A stretch of 64,000 nucleotides of DNA from Prorocentrum cordatum. Taxonomy: Eukaryota. Where the stretch lies: positions 1-64,000 of the forward strand of contig CAUYUJ010000236.1 of assembly GCA_963575745.1 (NCBI GenBank). The letters are read 5' to 3'. Each line of letters starts with the position of its first letter. The first letter of the stretch is position 1. The notes under the pieces were generated by a model that saw only the letters and a program-made list of their open reading frames with translations, searched no databases and was not told the DNA's origin. The translations under genes were made by a program, and so were the position numbers. This document shows positions 38,771-50,224 of the stretch, one piece after another.

Positions 38771-39649
38771 GGCCGGGCCCTGCCTGGGGCCCCGCGCACG
38801 AATGCGCGGCTGCCAGTCTGCGCGGGCGGCCTGCGCAGACCCCGCAGCGCGGCGCGCCGCGCGGAGAAAAAGGGGCGCACGCGCAAAACCACTGCGGCGA
38901 GGGCATTGGACAAGGAACCCTTGGATAAGGACTCCAAAAGGGCGCCGCCAGCGCGGCGCGCTACATCGGAAATGAGAGTGCTCGCGGCTTGCGTGCCAAC
39001 GTCGGTAACGACGATCCCGTTATCTTCCCTCGCTCAAAGTCGGGAACCGAGGAACAGAACACGGCGTACGCATTATGCTTTTGGAACCGCAGGGAGGAGG
39101 GCCCAGCGCCGATCCAAGAAATCCGCGCGGAGCTCCGAACGGTGATGCCCACGCGGTGCTCTATCTCTCGATGGAGGCCCGTGGGGCCCCAGTCGCCGGA
39201 TGGCCATGGACGCCGCCGCCGCCCTCATCAGATCAGGAACCCTCCAGGGGCTGGGACCTCCTGGGCAAGTTCCTCAAACAATGCCCCCACTGTTCCCCAC
39301 AGGTCCAACGCACCAGCGGGGCAATCGCGCAACAGACCCGGCGGGGTCGAGAAGCGCGCGAGGATTGCGCCGAATTGCGCCCGGCGTCTGGGGGAGGAAG
39401 AAGAGAGGAGGAATAATGGAGAGGAAAGAGAAGCGCGGTGGTACATTTTGTTGGGGGGAGGGGCATGGGGTGCAATTTCTTGCTCTTACCCCTCCTCCTC
39501 CTCCTCCTCCTCCTCCTCCTCCTCCTCCTCCTCCTCCGCGTCCCCCTCCTCCTCCTCCTCCTCCTCCTCCTCCTCCTCCTCGTCCTCGTCCTCCTCCTCC
39601 TCCTCCTCCTCCTCCTCCTCCTCCTCCTCCTCCTCCTCCTCCCTCCTCC

Positions 39650-39749
39650 NNNNNNNNNNNNNNNNNNNNNNNNNNNNNNNNNNNNNNNNNNNNNNNNNNN
39701 NNNNNNNNNNNNNNNNNNNNNNNNNNNNNNNNNNNNNNNNNNNNNNNNN
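39650..39749. other. Assembly gap (100 N) inside a (CCT)n tract
   Basis: N run. Confidence 1.
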
Positions 39750-39878
39750 CCTCCTCCTCCTTCCTCCTCCTCCTCCCCCAGATTCCTCTTCCTCCTCCTC
39801 CTCCTTTTATTATTATTCGTCGTCGTCTTCTTCTGCTTCCTCCTCCTCTTCCTCCTCCTCCTCCTCCTCCTCCTCCTC

Positions 39879-42410
39879 AAACGGCATAGTGGTGATGTCT
39901 GCATGTTTAGTGGTCGACGCTGGCGTTAAGGGGGGGGAACATCTGTATCCTCGATGCCGTGGCGAAGTACCTGCACCAGCTCAACACCTTGAATGGGCAT
40001 TGGATCATCGGATGGGGGCTGGCACACCGATTGCGAAGACCTGGACGCGTGGTTCCATGCCGTCAATGGGACCAGGATCGCCGCCGACCTGCCGACGTGC
40101 ATCCAGGCCATGCCAGGTACCAGCAGGGATTTCTTCTACGTGTCGGAGAGCATGGTGCCGATGCTCTTGGAGGTCGACGACCATGCGAGTACCGACCTGT
40201 TCCCGCACCGTCCTGTCGAACTGGGAAGTGCCACCCAGCCTAGGAGCATGTGCTGCAGAGTTCCAGTCGAGCCTCGTGCACTTCCTGACACGCCCAAGAT
40301 CGGGCGTGGGCGCTTCCCTCCAGTTGCGGAATGGCACATGATCAACAACATGTGTGTGAACGCCCAGTCCCCTGATGACCTCGCGGTGTGCTGGGACCCT
40401 GTTCTCACAAGCCTTGAAGCCGAAGTTATGGATCGCCATGATACTTTGGAGAGTTCGGCGCGAAAGGTTGATCTTGGAAGGGCTGGTTCACCTCAGTACG
40501 CTTGGAAGGAAGCCAAGGCGGCGAAGCCAAACAAACCGTCTGAACTCAAAGCCTGGAAGACCTTGGCGAGATGGCTTCGGTACCTGAGATCGGCTCGAGT
40601 CAAGTTGCTGTCGCAAGTGGCCAGCCTCCACGACGGCGGTTTCGAGCTCAACCTCATGTCCATGTCCGAGCAGATGCATGTCCTGCACGGCTTCGCGCGC
40701 AGAGTGGCCAAGACCCAGTGGGTGCTCGAGCGCGTGACGCCTGAGGCCAAGGCTTTCATGTCTGACGTGCCGTGTAGCATCGTCGACCCCAACTTCGACC
40801 AAGTTGTACAATCCTTGATCGACTTCGCTGGGGCAAAGATTCAGGAGTGGCTAACAGTCTCAAGTGACGAGTGGTCGGACTGGGCGGAGAAGTCTTCCAA
40901 GTGCGGGGCAGGAGCTGCCCATAGGTTATCCAGGCTAAAGGAGATACAGGAACTCGCAGCTGCTGACACCAGGCCTCAGCCTTTCCAGCGCGCAGATGAT
41001 TGCATTGGTGAATGGGGCAAGATCTGGAGCATGCACGAGTGCACCGCAGCCCCGCTGCCCCAAGGTGCTGACACGTGGGACAACTTACCGATAATTACTG
41101 CCGCCGGCATGTGTCTTGCTGCTGCGTCGTTCCCGACGCGCGCGGCGTTGGGACATCTGGCGTTCAGCCCGAAGGCGCTGTGCCAGGTGCCCGACAAAGG
41201 CCTGGAGGTCCTCGCGTCTCTCTTCATGGCATGTGAGAGGTTGAGATCATGGCCTACAGAGCGCATTCACGCACGCTTGATTCGGCTAGGCAAGCCAACA
41301 GGCGGACACCGCCTCACTGCTCTGCTCAATTCGCTGCTGCGTTTGCGGGGCAAGATTAGGAAGCCAGTCTCGCAAGAGTTGGAACGTCCCCACCGACACC
41401 CATCGTTCTGGGGCCACGGTCCCAGAGCCAGCTCTACGGACGCGGCATTCGATCATAATGTGGAGGCGGAGGTGGCTACGGCGGCGGGGGAGTACTCTGT
41501 GAGCGTGTTTCTTAATGTATAAATGCTATGAATGCATTATAGTCCCTCGGCTTTTAACCGAGGCGTGCGAGCTAGCGTATCCCTTGAGAATGATGTGGAT
41601 GTTCCTCTCCCTGTATCGGTGTCCTCGTCTCGTGCAGGCGTTCGGGTCTGTGTCGCGTTGTGTGGTTACGCGTCAAGGGATACTAGCTGGCTGCAGCCAC
41701 GCAAACACGATGATGCATCTGCTCCTTCACCGCGTGAGCTGCAAGATGCGCAGAATCTATTTCACTATGCAGCCGCGAATCCTCATGGATGACTCTAGCT
41801 TCCAGTGGGCTGGCAGGCGGCTGTGCGAGTGCAATGTGCTGCTGGCCGCGGTGCGGTGGCATTGCCATCAAGTTTTCATTCGGCCTGATCCTGCAGGTTC
41901 TCAAGAGTGGGTTTGTAGCTACCGCAGCTAAAGCGTCGTCCAGAGTGTCGTCGTCGGCGCGGAGCTACACCCACATGCGCAATCTGGGCCATGAAGTCTT
42001 CTCTGGAAGACCTCAAAGGGCCCAGGAGAGTGCTCGGCTCAGGAAAGTATTTCGCCGCCGTCCCAAGCTTGCTGCGCTGCGTCGCGGAGCTCCAGGGAAG
42101 GCACAGATGCTCTGGAGGACTGGCTTGATGCCAGCAGCAGGCCACGGCGCAGGAGTCAGCGGATTCACAGACCCTTCCTTGAAGGCGCTGCGCACTTTGG
42201 CTGGCTCTCTAGTAGGTGCCAGACGCCCTGGGTCTCTCACAGCTTGGCTGGCCACGCAGGTAGATCCGTTCTATGACCCCAATTTTGATGCGACGGACAG
42301 CGATACGCCGGCATGATATGGGACGCCAGATTTTCGTTCGGGCGTCTGCAGAGAGCGTGGATGCAGATACGTGACCAGATTTTCAACAGGCCCACCTGGA
42401 ATTCGTGTCG
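39879..42410 (+). mobile_element. LINE-A2 5' part: 5'-truncated relative of LINE-A1 (APE C-half, RT)
   Basis: GIVVMSAC, WIIG, DFFYVS, PHRPV, GAGAAHRLSRL, GKPTGGHRL, NVYKCYE, QGILAGC, LMDDS, MRNLGH, WRTGLMPAAGHGAGVSG, all collinear with LINE-A1 motifs. Confidence 0.87.
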
Positions 42411-42929
42411 GATGTTTGATAAAACTGATGGATCTCCCCGTTTCCAGAACTGGCGCGGGCTTCCACTTCCGGTTCCCTTGCTCCTGCCCTTGCCTCCTTG
42501 CTTGCCCTCTCCCGCTTCTTCCCTACTCTCCGCCGCCTGGCGGCTCAAGCCTTTTCAAAGGCCAAGCTGGGGGTCGGCCTCAGTTGGCCTAAGGCCGGGC
42601 CCCGGGACCGGGGCCAGAAGACTTTCGGGATCCGGGACCGGGCCCGAAAGGGGGAGCGCCCGCGGCCGCAAGGCGCCGCGCCTGGCGCCGCGCGGCTGGG
42701 GGGAGGGCCCGGGCACCGAGCGGCGCCGGCTCACGCCAGCCGCGGAGCACTCGATGGCGAGGAGGCGGCTGCCGTGGCGTGGCCGCCGCCGGCCACCGCC
42801 GAGCGGGCGGCCAGGCGCGTGCCAGCGCCGGCGCCAGCTCGACGCCAGGCGAGGGCGGCAGAGCGCGCGTGCGCGCCAGGGCCCGCCTGGAGGAGCTGCC
42901 CCGGGGCCCTGGCGCCGCCGCCCTCAGGC

Positions 42930-45460
42930 GGACGTCGCGGCCGCGCCGCAGCCCTGCTCATGATCCTCGTGATGGCGATGGAGACCGCAGACGCCGGGCC
43001 CAGGCTCTGGCGGACGGCTCCAGACTACGAGGCCGAGTACACGTACCCGTCGTACTACTACGACGACGCGCTGGACGTGGACATGAAGCCAGTTTGGCTC
43101 GACGGCACCGTGGTCCCCTTCCTGCGCAGGGACACGCTGCCGATCGGGGCGTGCCCCGAGGGCGAGCACGACGCTCCCGCGGGAGGTGCCGGGAGGGGTC
43201 CGCCGCGCGAGCGCTCCGCGCCGCCGGCCGATCCCCCTCCCCGGGACCCGACCCATGCCCCCCCCCCAACTCCTCCGACTCGAACTCTTCGTCCTGGATC
43301 GGGGGTTGGGGTCTTTTCGGCGTCAGTTGGAAAGACATCGGCGACCGCGCGCATTGGTTCGCCGAGGGGATGGGCGGGGGCACCTTCAGGGTTTTCGGCA
43401 GCTTCAGGTCCGCCTTTTCGACCCGTGAGGCAGGAGGCTGGCTGGGCTCGGACGGCGGCTGGGTGCTCTACATGGCCGACCAGATGGGCCTCTACCTGTT
43501 CGGCTCCGCGTGGCCGCTGGTCGCCGGGCTCGTGGCGATCCTCGCCAGCACCGGCGTGGTCGCACTCTTGGCCCACAGCCTGAGAACGCTCTTCGCTCCC
43601 TGCAGCTGGGCGGCATGGGCGGGCGGCCTGGTGTTGGCATGCTGCCCTTGCCCGCGACGCAAGGCGCCTGGCGAGGCCAAGCTTGACAAGCTGGTCCCGC
43701 CGGCGGCCCCGCCCCTCACCGACGTGGCATGGCATGGTCCAGCCGTGGGTGCAGATCCGACCACAGATTGGTGCCGCAAGAGCGTCAAGGAGGGCAGGGG
43801 CTCCAAGCGTGGCCAGAACGACCTCCTGATCAGGGTCGACTATCGGGTCGCGCGGCTCAATCTCAACATGAAGTCCCCGGAGCGCATCAACCGCCAAAGC
43901 CTGTGGGTCGAGTACGACTCCGTGAAGGGCGCGAGCGACAAGGGCTTCCGACGCGAGCTCGAGCAGCGCGACCCGCGCTGGCTCCACCTGTGCCGCTCAG
44001 CCAGCTGCACTGGGTGACGAGCTGCATTGTAAGGAGTACGCAGCCATCGACAACGAAGCCATCGTCGACCTCGGAGACTACTCGAAGTTCTCGCCGTGCC
44101 GGATCTTTGTCTGGCTCTGGCGGTGGCTGGGCCTGACCTACAAGCTGCTGCTGTACGTCATCTCGTGGATTTCGTGCTGCGGGGCGTGCCTCTGCCGCTG
44201 GCGACGCCGCCGTGCGACGCGGAGCCTGGTGTGCAGGGGTCCGTGGCGAGGCTGCTTGACCAGGAGTCCGAGTCCGAGGTGGACGTTGAGGATAACCCCT
44301 GCGAGGCGGTGAAAGTGGGGCTCATGATCCAAGGCAAGATGCGCCCACTAGCGCCTGAAGGCTGTCGCGACGCCGCGCGCGGTGAGCCGACCGTGCTGTT
44401 GGTGGAGGACGGCCGAGCTTCGGACCTCAAGCCTCCGAGTGAAGGGAATGCAACGGCCTGCCTATGCGAACATCACAAGCAGATCTACAAGGTCTTACGC
44501 TATAGCGAGAAGTGCTCCCAGGTGACGTGCTTCCGCGAGGCGGTGGGCATGGCCTCAGGGGTTCCACTCTGCCTGCAGCACCTCGGTGGCGACGCCGCCA
44601 AGGCGATCAACGACGCCCCCACAGGTGGCGGGTTCTTCGCGGGGTTGCGGCGTCGAACCCGGAGGAGCCCAGCTCCGCGGAGCCGCGCGCCGGAGCGTGC
44701 CATTGCCGCTCCAGCCCGGAGCCGCGCCCCAGAGCGCTCCACCCCGGCTGTCTCTGCCACGGAGGCGCCCACCAGCCCAGGCGATCCTGTTCCCGCACCT
44801 GCGGGGCCACCGAGCGTGCGGTTCGAGGCGCCGCCGGTCCCGGAGTTCCCCAAGCCGCCTACGCCGCCGCCCATGCCGCTCGGGCAGCATTTCGTCGTTC
44901 GGGCGAGGGTGCAGTGGCCGGAAGGGGCGCAGTGGATGATCTTCCGGGGAAAGGCAGCCAACGCCACCGCAGCCAGCGCGGTCGCCGAGTACCTTGACGG
45001 CGCGATGGCCCTCGAGGTGGAGGATCCGACAGGCACCATCATCCGCTTCCTGGTGAAGCCTGACGGCGTCATCCGTGCGCCTGCCCCGGGGCCCTCAGGG
45101 CGCCTGCCCGCAGGGTTCATCGAGGAGATGCTCCACCACGCGCCCCCGGGCTGTGAGGAGCTCGGCATCAGCGTCTCGGCGACTAACGTACCTGAGAAGG
45201 TCTGGCACAAGTTGGCTGCGTGGCACGGGCTCCCCGTGGGCGGCCGCGCTGGGCCGCTCAGCGAGGCCCGCTGGCAGCTGCTCCGCGAGTGGGCGGCCAG
45301 CTTAGTCCGGTGGCACCCTGAGGGGGGCGTGGCACCCAGCCCGAGCTTCGAGGCGAGAGCCGCTGGGGCCGACGCCAAGTTGCGCCGCCACTGGCAACGG
45401 CTAGACCGCAGCAGCTCGCCCAAGCCGCTCCCCGTCAGCCGAGGGCGGGCGCGCAGCTAG
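42930..45460 (+). pseudogene. Polyprotein N-part: signal-like peptide, hydrophobic membrane segments, Cys/His-rich domain
   Basis: AAALLMILVMAMETADA; WPLVAGLVAILASTGVVALLA; WAAWAGGLVLACC; LHLCR..C...LHCKEYA; IFVWLWRWLGLTYKLLLYVISWISCC (frame absent from track, ~44105-44185); CLCEHH, CSQVTC, CLQH; frameshifts near 43265, 44010 and 44230. Confidence 0.6.
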
Positions 45461-45512
45461 CTCCGAAGCACCTGCCTCGGGGGAGAGCCAGCAGGAGGAC
45501 GACGGCGGGGAC

Positions 45513-48500
45513 ATGATGGCATGCTACCTGGAAGAGAAGGCCCGAAGGTCGGGCGACGCAGCAGCGGTGCAGAGCGTGGCCGCCGGCTTCGGCGAAGAGG
45601 CTCATCAGGTGCTCACCAACCTCATTCGTTACGCCCAGCACCTCAGGCAGCAGACAACCGAGCCCGAGGAGCTCGCACGGCTCGACGGGCACATCGGCAG
45701 CTGGGAGGAACTGCAGCAGGTACCTTCGCGGCCCCAGACCCCGGAGGCGGCGCCGAGCAGCCTGCAGGGTCTGCTCAAGCTCCCGCCCGAGCGCCACCGC
45801 TCGCAAGGGCCGCCGGCCACCCAGGCCGAGAGCGCGCCCTCGATAGAGATGAGGCCGCCCCGCCAGCCGGCAGCGCCCACACCCGCGCTCACACTCGGGC
45901 TGCGGGACGCCGGCCCCCTGTCGACCACGGCTGGGCTCGCCCCGGTCGCTCGCCCGCAAGCTCCAAACATTGGTGCTGTATTCCGCTACGACCATCACGT
46001 CAGCAACTTGGGATTACCCCCAGGTCTGACAGCAACCCCGGCACGCTACGCCGCGGGAGCCCCAGAGGAAGGCGGAGGAGGTGGCCCGTTCGGCCCCATG
46101 CAGCCCGGAGCGCCCTTGGATGCGAATACTGCGCGGATGCTGCATGCCCTGGAGGGCGTCGCCAGCGCACGCCAAGGCGACAAGGCGGCCCAGCGCGGGA
46201 CGGTGGCGGCGTTGGGAAGGGCGGAGGAGTTGGACGTCTACCTGGCGCGCGGGCGCGGCCAGCTGACGGTGGAGATCTGCGACGAGGTCCTTGGGCGCGA
46301 GCTGTTCTATGCTCTGCGCCGGACCTGCGATCAGAACAAGGCCCTGATGCTGGCGGTCGAGGCGCCCACGACGGTGTCCAACAGGATCGCGATGGCCTGC
46401 GCCTCGCTCAGCTTCGGCGGCAGCAGCCTGGACAACCTGGCCCCGTGGTCGGCCTCAGCGGCGGACTTCCCGACATGCAAGACGGTCGCGTTCGACAAGT
46501 ACAGCGCGCATGACACCAAGCTGGGGCCCAGGCCCAGGGCGCCGGTGGTCTTTGACCAGCGCAAGCGACAGGCCCAGAACATGACCAAGTTCTTCGGACT
46601 CGTCTTCGGACGGGAGCACGTCAAGGAGCGTCTGGACTGCCTGGAGACCCTCGCGCGGGAGTGCGAAAAGGACGACCGCGCCTTCCCGCCCAAGTTCGTC
46701 TATGAGCTCGGGGAGGAGCTGTGGTCCACCTGGTGTGAACGCCTCCGGGAGAAGAAGCGAAGCCTGCTGCGGGTGCTGCAGACGGACAACCCACGGAAGG
46801 AGGACCTCAAGATGGTGGCCTTCGCCCCCAAGGCAGATGGTCGTCCGGCGTTCGTCTTCCCCAATGTCTTCGACCTGGAGTCCCCCACGGGCAACTGCCA
46901 GGAGGTCGTGCGCCCTCGCCAGCAGCGCTACCTTCAGACCGTCCTCAACGACTCGATGCACGGGGCGCGCCGCGCCCCGGGCAAAGCAGGAGAGGTCGGA
47001 GGGGGGGCTGACGAACAGGGCGTTGAGCTGCAAGATCAGCGAGCAGGAGCAGCGCCCAAGAGAAAGCCCAAGGCCAAGGCTCAGCCGAAGGCCACCGCAG
47101 CGCGCGATGCCTACCCTGCGGGCAAGCGGCTGAACGCACAGGAGATCAAGCCCTCCGTCCGGCATGCACCTTGCGACAAGCAGGGCAAGCCGCTCTGCCG
47201 GGACAACTCGACCTGGATCGGCTGCAAGAAGGGCACTCAAGGGTGCTCGCATTCACGCGAGCTCATCAAGGGCCTGAAGGACGTGCACTGGACCGCGCAG
47301 TACCAGCTGCTCAGGCGGGGCGGGCTCCGCAACGCCGCCAAGATCGACCCAGCTTCGGCCAACGGGCGGATCGTGCAGCTGCGGGCCCAAGCCAAGACTG
47401 AAGCGGACAGCAAGCGGGCGGCAGGCGCGGGGGCAACGGAGAACCAGTCGACCAGGACGGGCTGGGCCCCACCCGACGAGTACGCCGAGGTTCAGTGCAC
47501 CGAGCTGGAGTCCGAGCTCCGCGAGGCTGCCCAAGGACCCGACGCCACCTGGCTGGAGGACCCGCGCGCTGACAGCCCCGCCCTGACAGGGACGGGCGTC
47601 TGCACGGACGAAGGGGCCCTGGTCCAGCAGAAGCTGCTCGCGGCCGTCCAGGAGAGCGGAGCGCTCGACCCCGTGAGCCACGCCAGTGACTACCTCAGGT
47701 CACACGTCTTGGCCCGCCTCGCCTGCGCTCGCGGGCGCGAAGAAGAGCTCTCGGTCGAGCAGGTACTCCTTGAAGCAACGCGCCACGGGGGCCCCACTTT
47801 GGCTGTTGAAGCCAGCGAGCTCCTGGACCGCATCGGGGCGAAAGCCGGCAACCTGGGGGCCGACCCAGACGTTATCATCACCCCAGTGCGGTGGAACGCT
47901 GAGAAGTCGGTGGGCCAAGGCTCCGTCACCGTGCAGGGCCAGACCTGGCATTACCTTGACTACCAGGACCAGCTGCCCCTCGACGGGTGCATCGCGAAGC
48001 GCCTGCGCGTGCCCGCCGGAGTTTCGGAAGAACGCCAATGTCTCCCGCTCCACCTGGCGGCAGCCAAGCTCTGGGTGCAGCTTGAGGCACCACCCGACGC
48101 CCAGCAGGTCAAGGACCTGGCCCTCGAGATCCGCAGGGACCTCCTGGAGAAGGCGACCGACGCTGCTGCCGGCCTCGCTGACGCTCCACCCTGGATATCT
48201 CCCAGGGAGGCCGAGGTCCGGATGCACATTCACGACGCGGTGCGCCGCGACCACGACAAGGATTTCAGGTGTGTGGCTCTCTTCCCATGCGAGGCGTTGG
48301 ACGAAGTGGTGCTCAGAGTCTGGCGGGCGGATCACTGGGGTCATCTGGATATTGACACGGCCCTTCCAGCGGGGGAACCCAAGCAGGAGTGCCACGTGAT
48401 CATCCACCGCGGGCACATGCGCGTCCTCCACCCCCCGTCCGGCGCCGAAGGCCGACGGGAGGCCGACGAGCTGATCCGCACCTGGGCCACCAGCGGGAAG

Positions 48501-48690
48501 GACCTCAAGGAGCTTCCCACCATGGGCTGGGAGACATACCTCGCTTCCGAGGAAGAGGGCAGCCCGGCGGTGTCCAGCAAGCCTCAGCCGTGCCAGCATT
48601 GCAGGGCACTTGCAGCACAGCAGCGGCAGCGTGGGAGAGCCGCCGGCGGTTCGCCCGCCGTGGTCGAGCTCCCCACCGGGCCTGCCCAGA
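45513..48690 (+). CDS. Polyprotein middle part (~1050 aa): gag-like helical region, CCCH-like finger, possible cysteine-protease-like domain
   Basis: Long open non-repetitive frame; CRDNSTWIGCKKGTQGCSHS; RQCLPLH ... HVIIHRGHM. Confidence 0.65.
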
Positions 48691-49920
48691 CCTTAAGGAC
48701 CTGGCACCGTTGCGCTCCCGACCCGCCTTCGCCTGGGGGCTCAGGACGCGGGAGATCTTCGCAGGCGCAGGGCGCTGGACGCAGGCCATGAAGAACGCTG
48801 GCATCACCACCAGCGAGTCCGTCGAGTACTACGGGCAGCCGCTGCTCAGCAAGGACCCCAGGCCGCAGTTCGACATCCGCGACCCGCTAGTGCGCGAGCG
48901 CCTGTACCAAGAGCTCAGTGCGCCTCCAGGCCCAGACGAAGCCAATGTGCTACAGTTCGCTCCTCCCTGCGTGAGTCACTGCCCCTGGCAGTTGGCAGCG
49001 GGAAGGACGAGGACCTTCGAGTGCCCAGACGGAACTGGCGAAGGTCAGGTTGAGATCGACGGCAATGTGTTCGGGGAGTTCGCGTGCACAGGGGCGAAGC
49101 GGCGCTACGAGGCAGGACGAGAATTCCTCATCGAGTCCTCGGCGCGGGACGGCAGGTACCCCAAGCTCTGGGATCGACCCTGTATGAGAGCTCTGGTGCA
49201 CGCGACTGGGGCACGGGCCCTCGCCATAGACACGTGCGAGTGGGGGCTCGCACCCCCGGACGAGCCCCAGTGCCGGAATCAGAAGCGAACCTGGTGGCTG
49301 GTATCACTCGGGCTCGACCCCTACGCTCTGATCTTGGCCAGGCGGTGCTCGGGCAAGCACGCGCACCGCACGCTGGAGGGCGGTCTGCCGTACGACCTGA
49401 CGGGTGCCCAGGTGGAAGCCTACAACCTCGACACACGCACGCGGCTCAGCAAGGCCGGGGCGAGCGAGCTGATCAACCTCAGCACCAAGTTGGGCGAGGC
49501 CAGCGGGCGCCACGGCCTCGACGAGGACGGCGTCACGGTCAGGCTGCCCCCGGACGACAAGCTGCTCCGCGTGAACCAGCTCATCGCCCGGGCCGCCCCA
49601 GACAACTTCCACTGGGCGCGGGTGGACTTCCGCACCAAGCGGCACTACCCCGCTCTGCCCGAAAACCAGTGGGCCCTCTACTTCGGAAGGACCCACGAGG
49701 GCGAGCTCCGCTTCATCATCAGCAAGCAAGCTCCGCCCAACCTGGAGGGTGGAGGGCGCGTCCCCAGCGGCCCCCCCCAGCTCAGCGCTGCAGTGAAGGG
49801 GGGGCTGGGAAGCGCCGGCTTCGGGCTGGGGCTGCGGGGCGTGCGGAGGACCCAGCACGCGGGGCAGTACGCGCCGCGGCTGTGCGCTGCCTGGGCAGCC
49901 GCGCTGAAAGCAGCGGCTGC
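48690..49920 (+). CDS. C5 cytosine DNA methyltransferase domain with internal insert
   Basis: Motif I EIFAGAG (~48752), FDI, motif IV FAPPC with catalytic Cys (~48959-48970), motif VI FLIES (~49125), motif VIII QKRT (~49280), CxxxHxH, terminal RTxxAxxYxPxLC (~49850-49885), all in one frame of ORF 48389..50956. Confidence 0.8.
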
Positions 49921-50224
49921 AGGCGCCGCTCCCGAGAAGCTGGAACAGCAGATTGCGGCGATGGACGCCGAGGCGCGGGCTTTGGAGGATAAGTTGGAAA
50001 GCAAGATGGCGCGGGCCGGGCATTTTGACGCCCTGGAACAAGACTCCCCTCCTTCATCAAGCCCGTCGGCCTGTGCGGCAGAGGGCGCCGTGACCGAGGG
50101 CGGGACCGTCGGCGAGCATGGCGAGAAGTGCGGCAGCTTGGAGCGGAGCGCCATCGCTGGTAAAGCGGAGGAGGATCAGTACGAGTGCAGCTGCAGCCAC
50201 GACGACAGCTGGCTTGAGGCCCCC

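Larger units (their letters stand above)
42411..50220 (+). mobile_element. Nested, 3'-truncated element encoding a large polyprotein ending in a C5 DNA methyltransferase (possibly DIRS-type; RT and recombinase not present)
   Basis: LINE homology stops at ...PTWNSCR (~42410) and resumes ~50225; in between are consecutive long same-strand ORFs joined by apparent frameshifts. Confidence 0.7.

Noticed and set aside
42420..42435. Hammerhead ribozyme core at the start of the nested element
   Set aside because: CTGATGG does not match CTGANGA and no three-stem junction could be formed.
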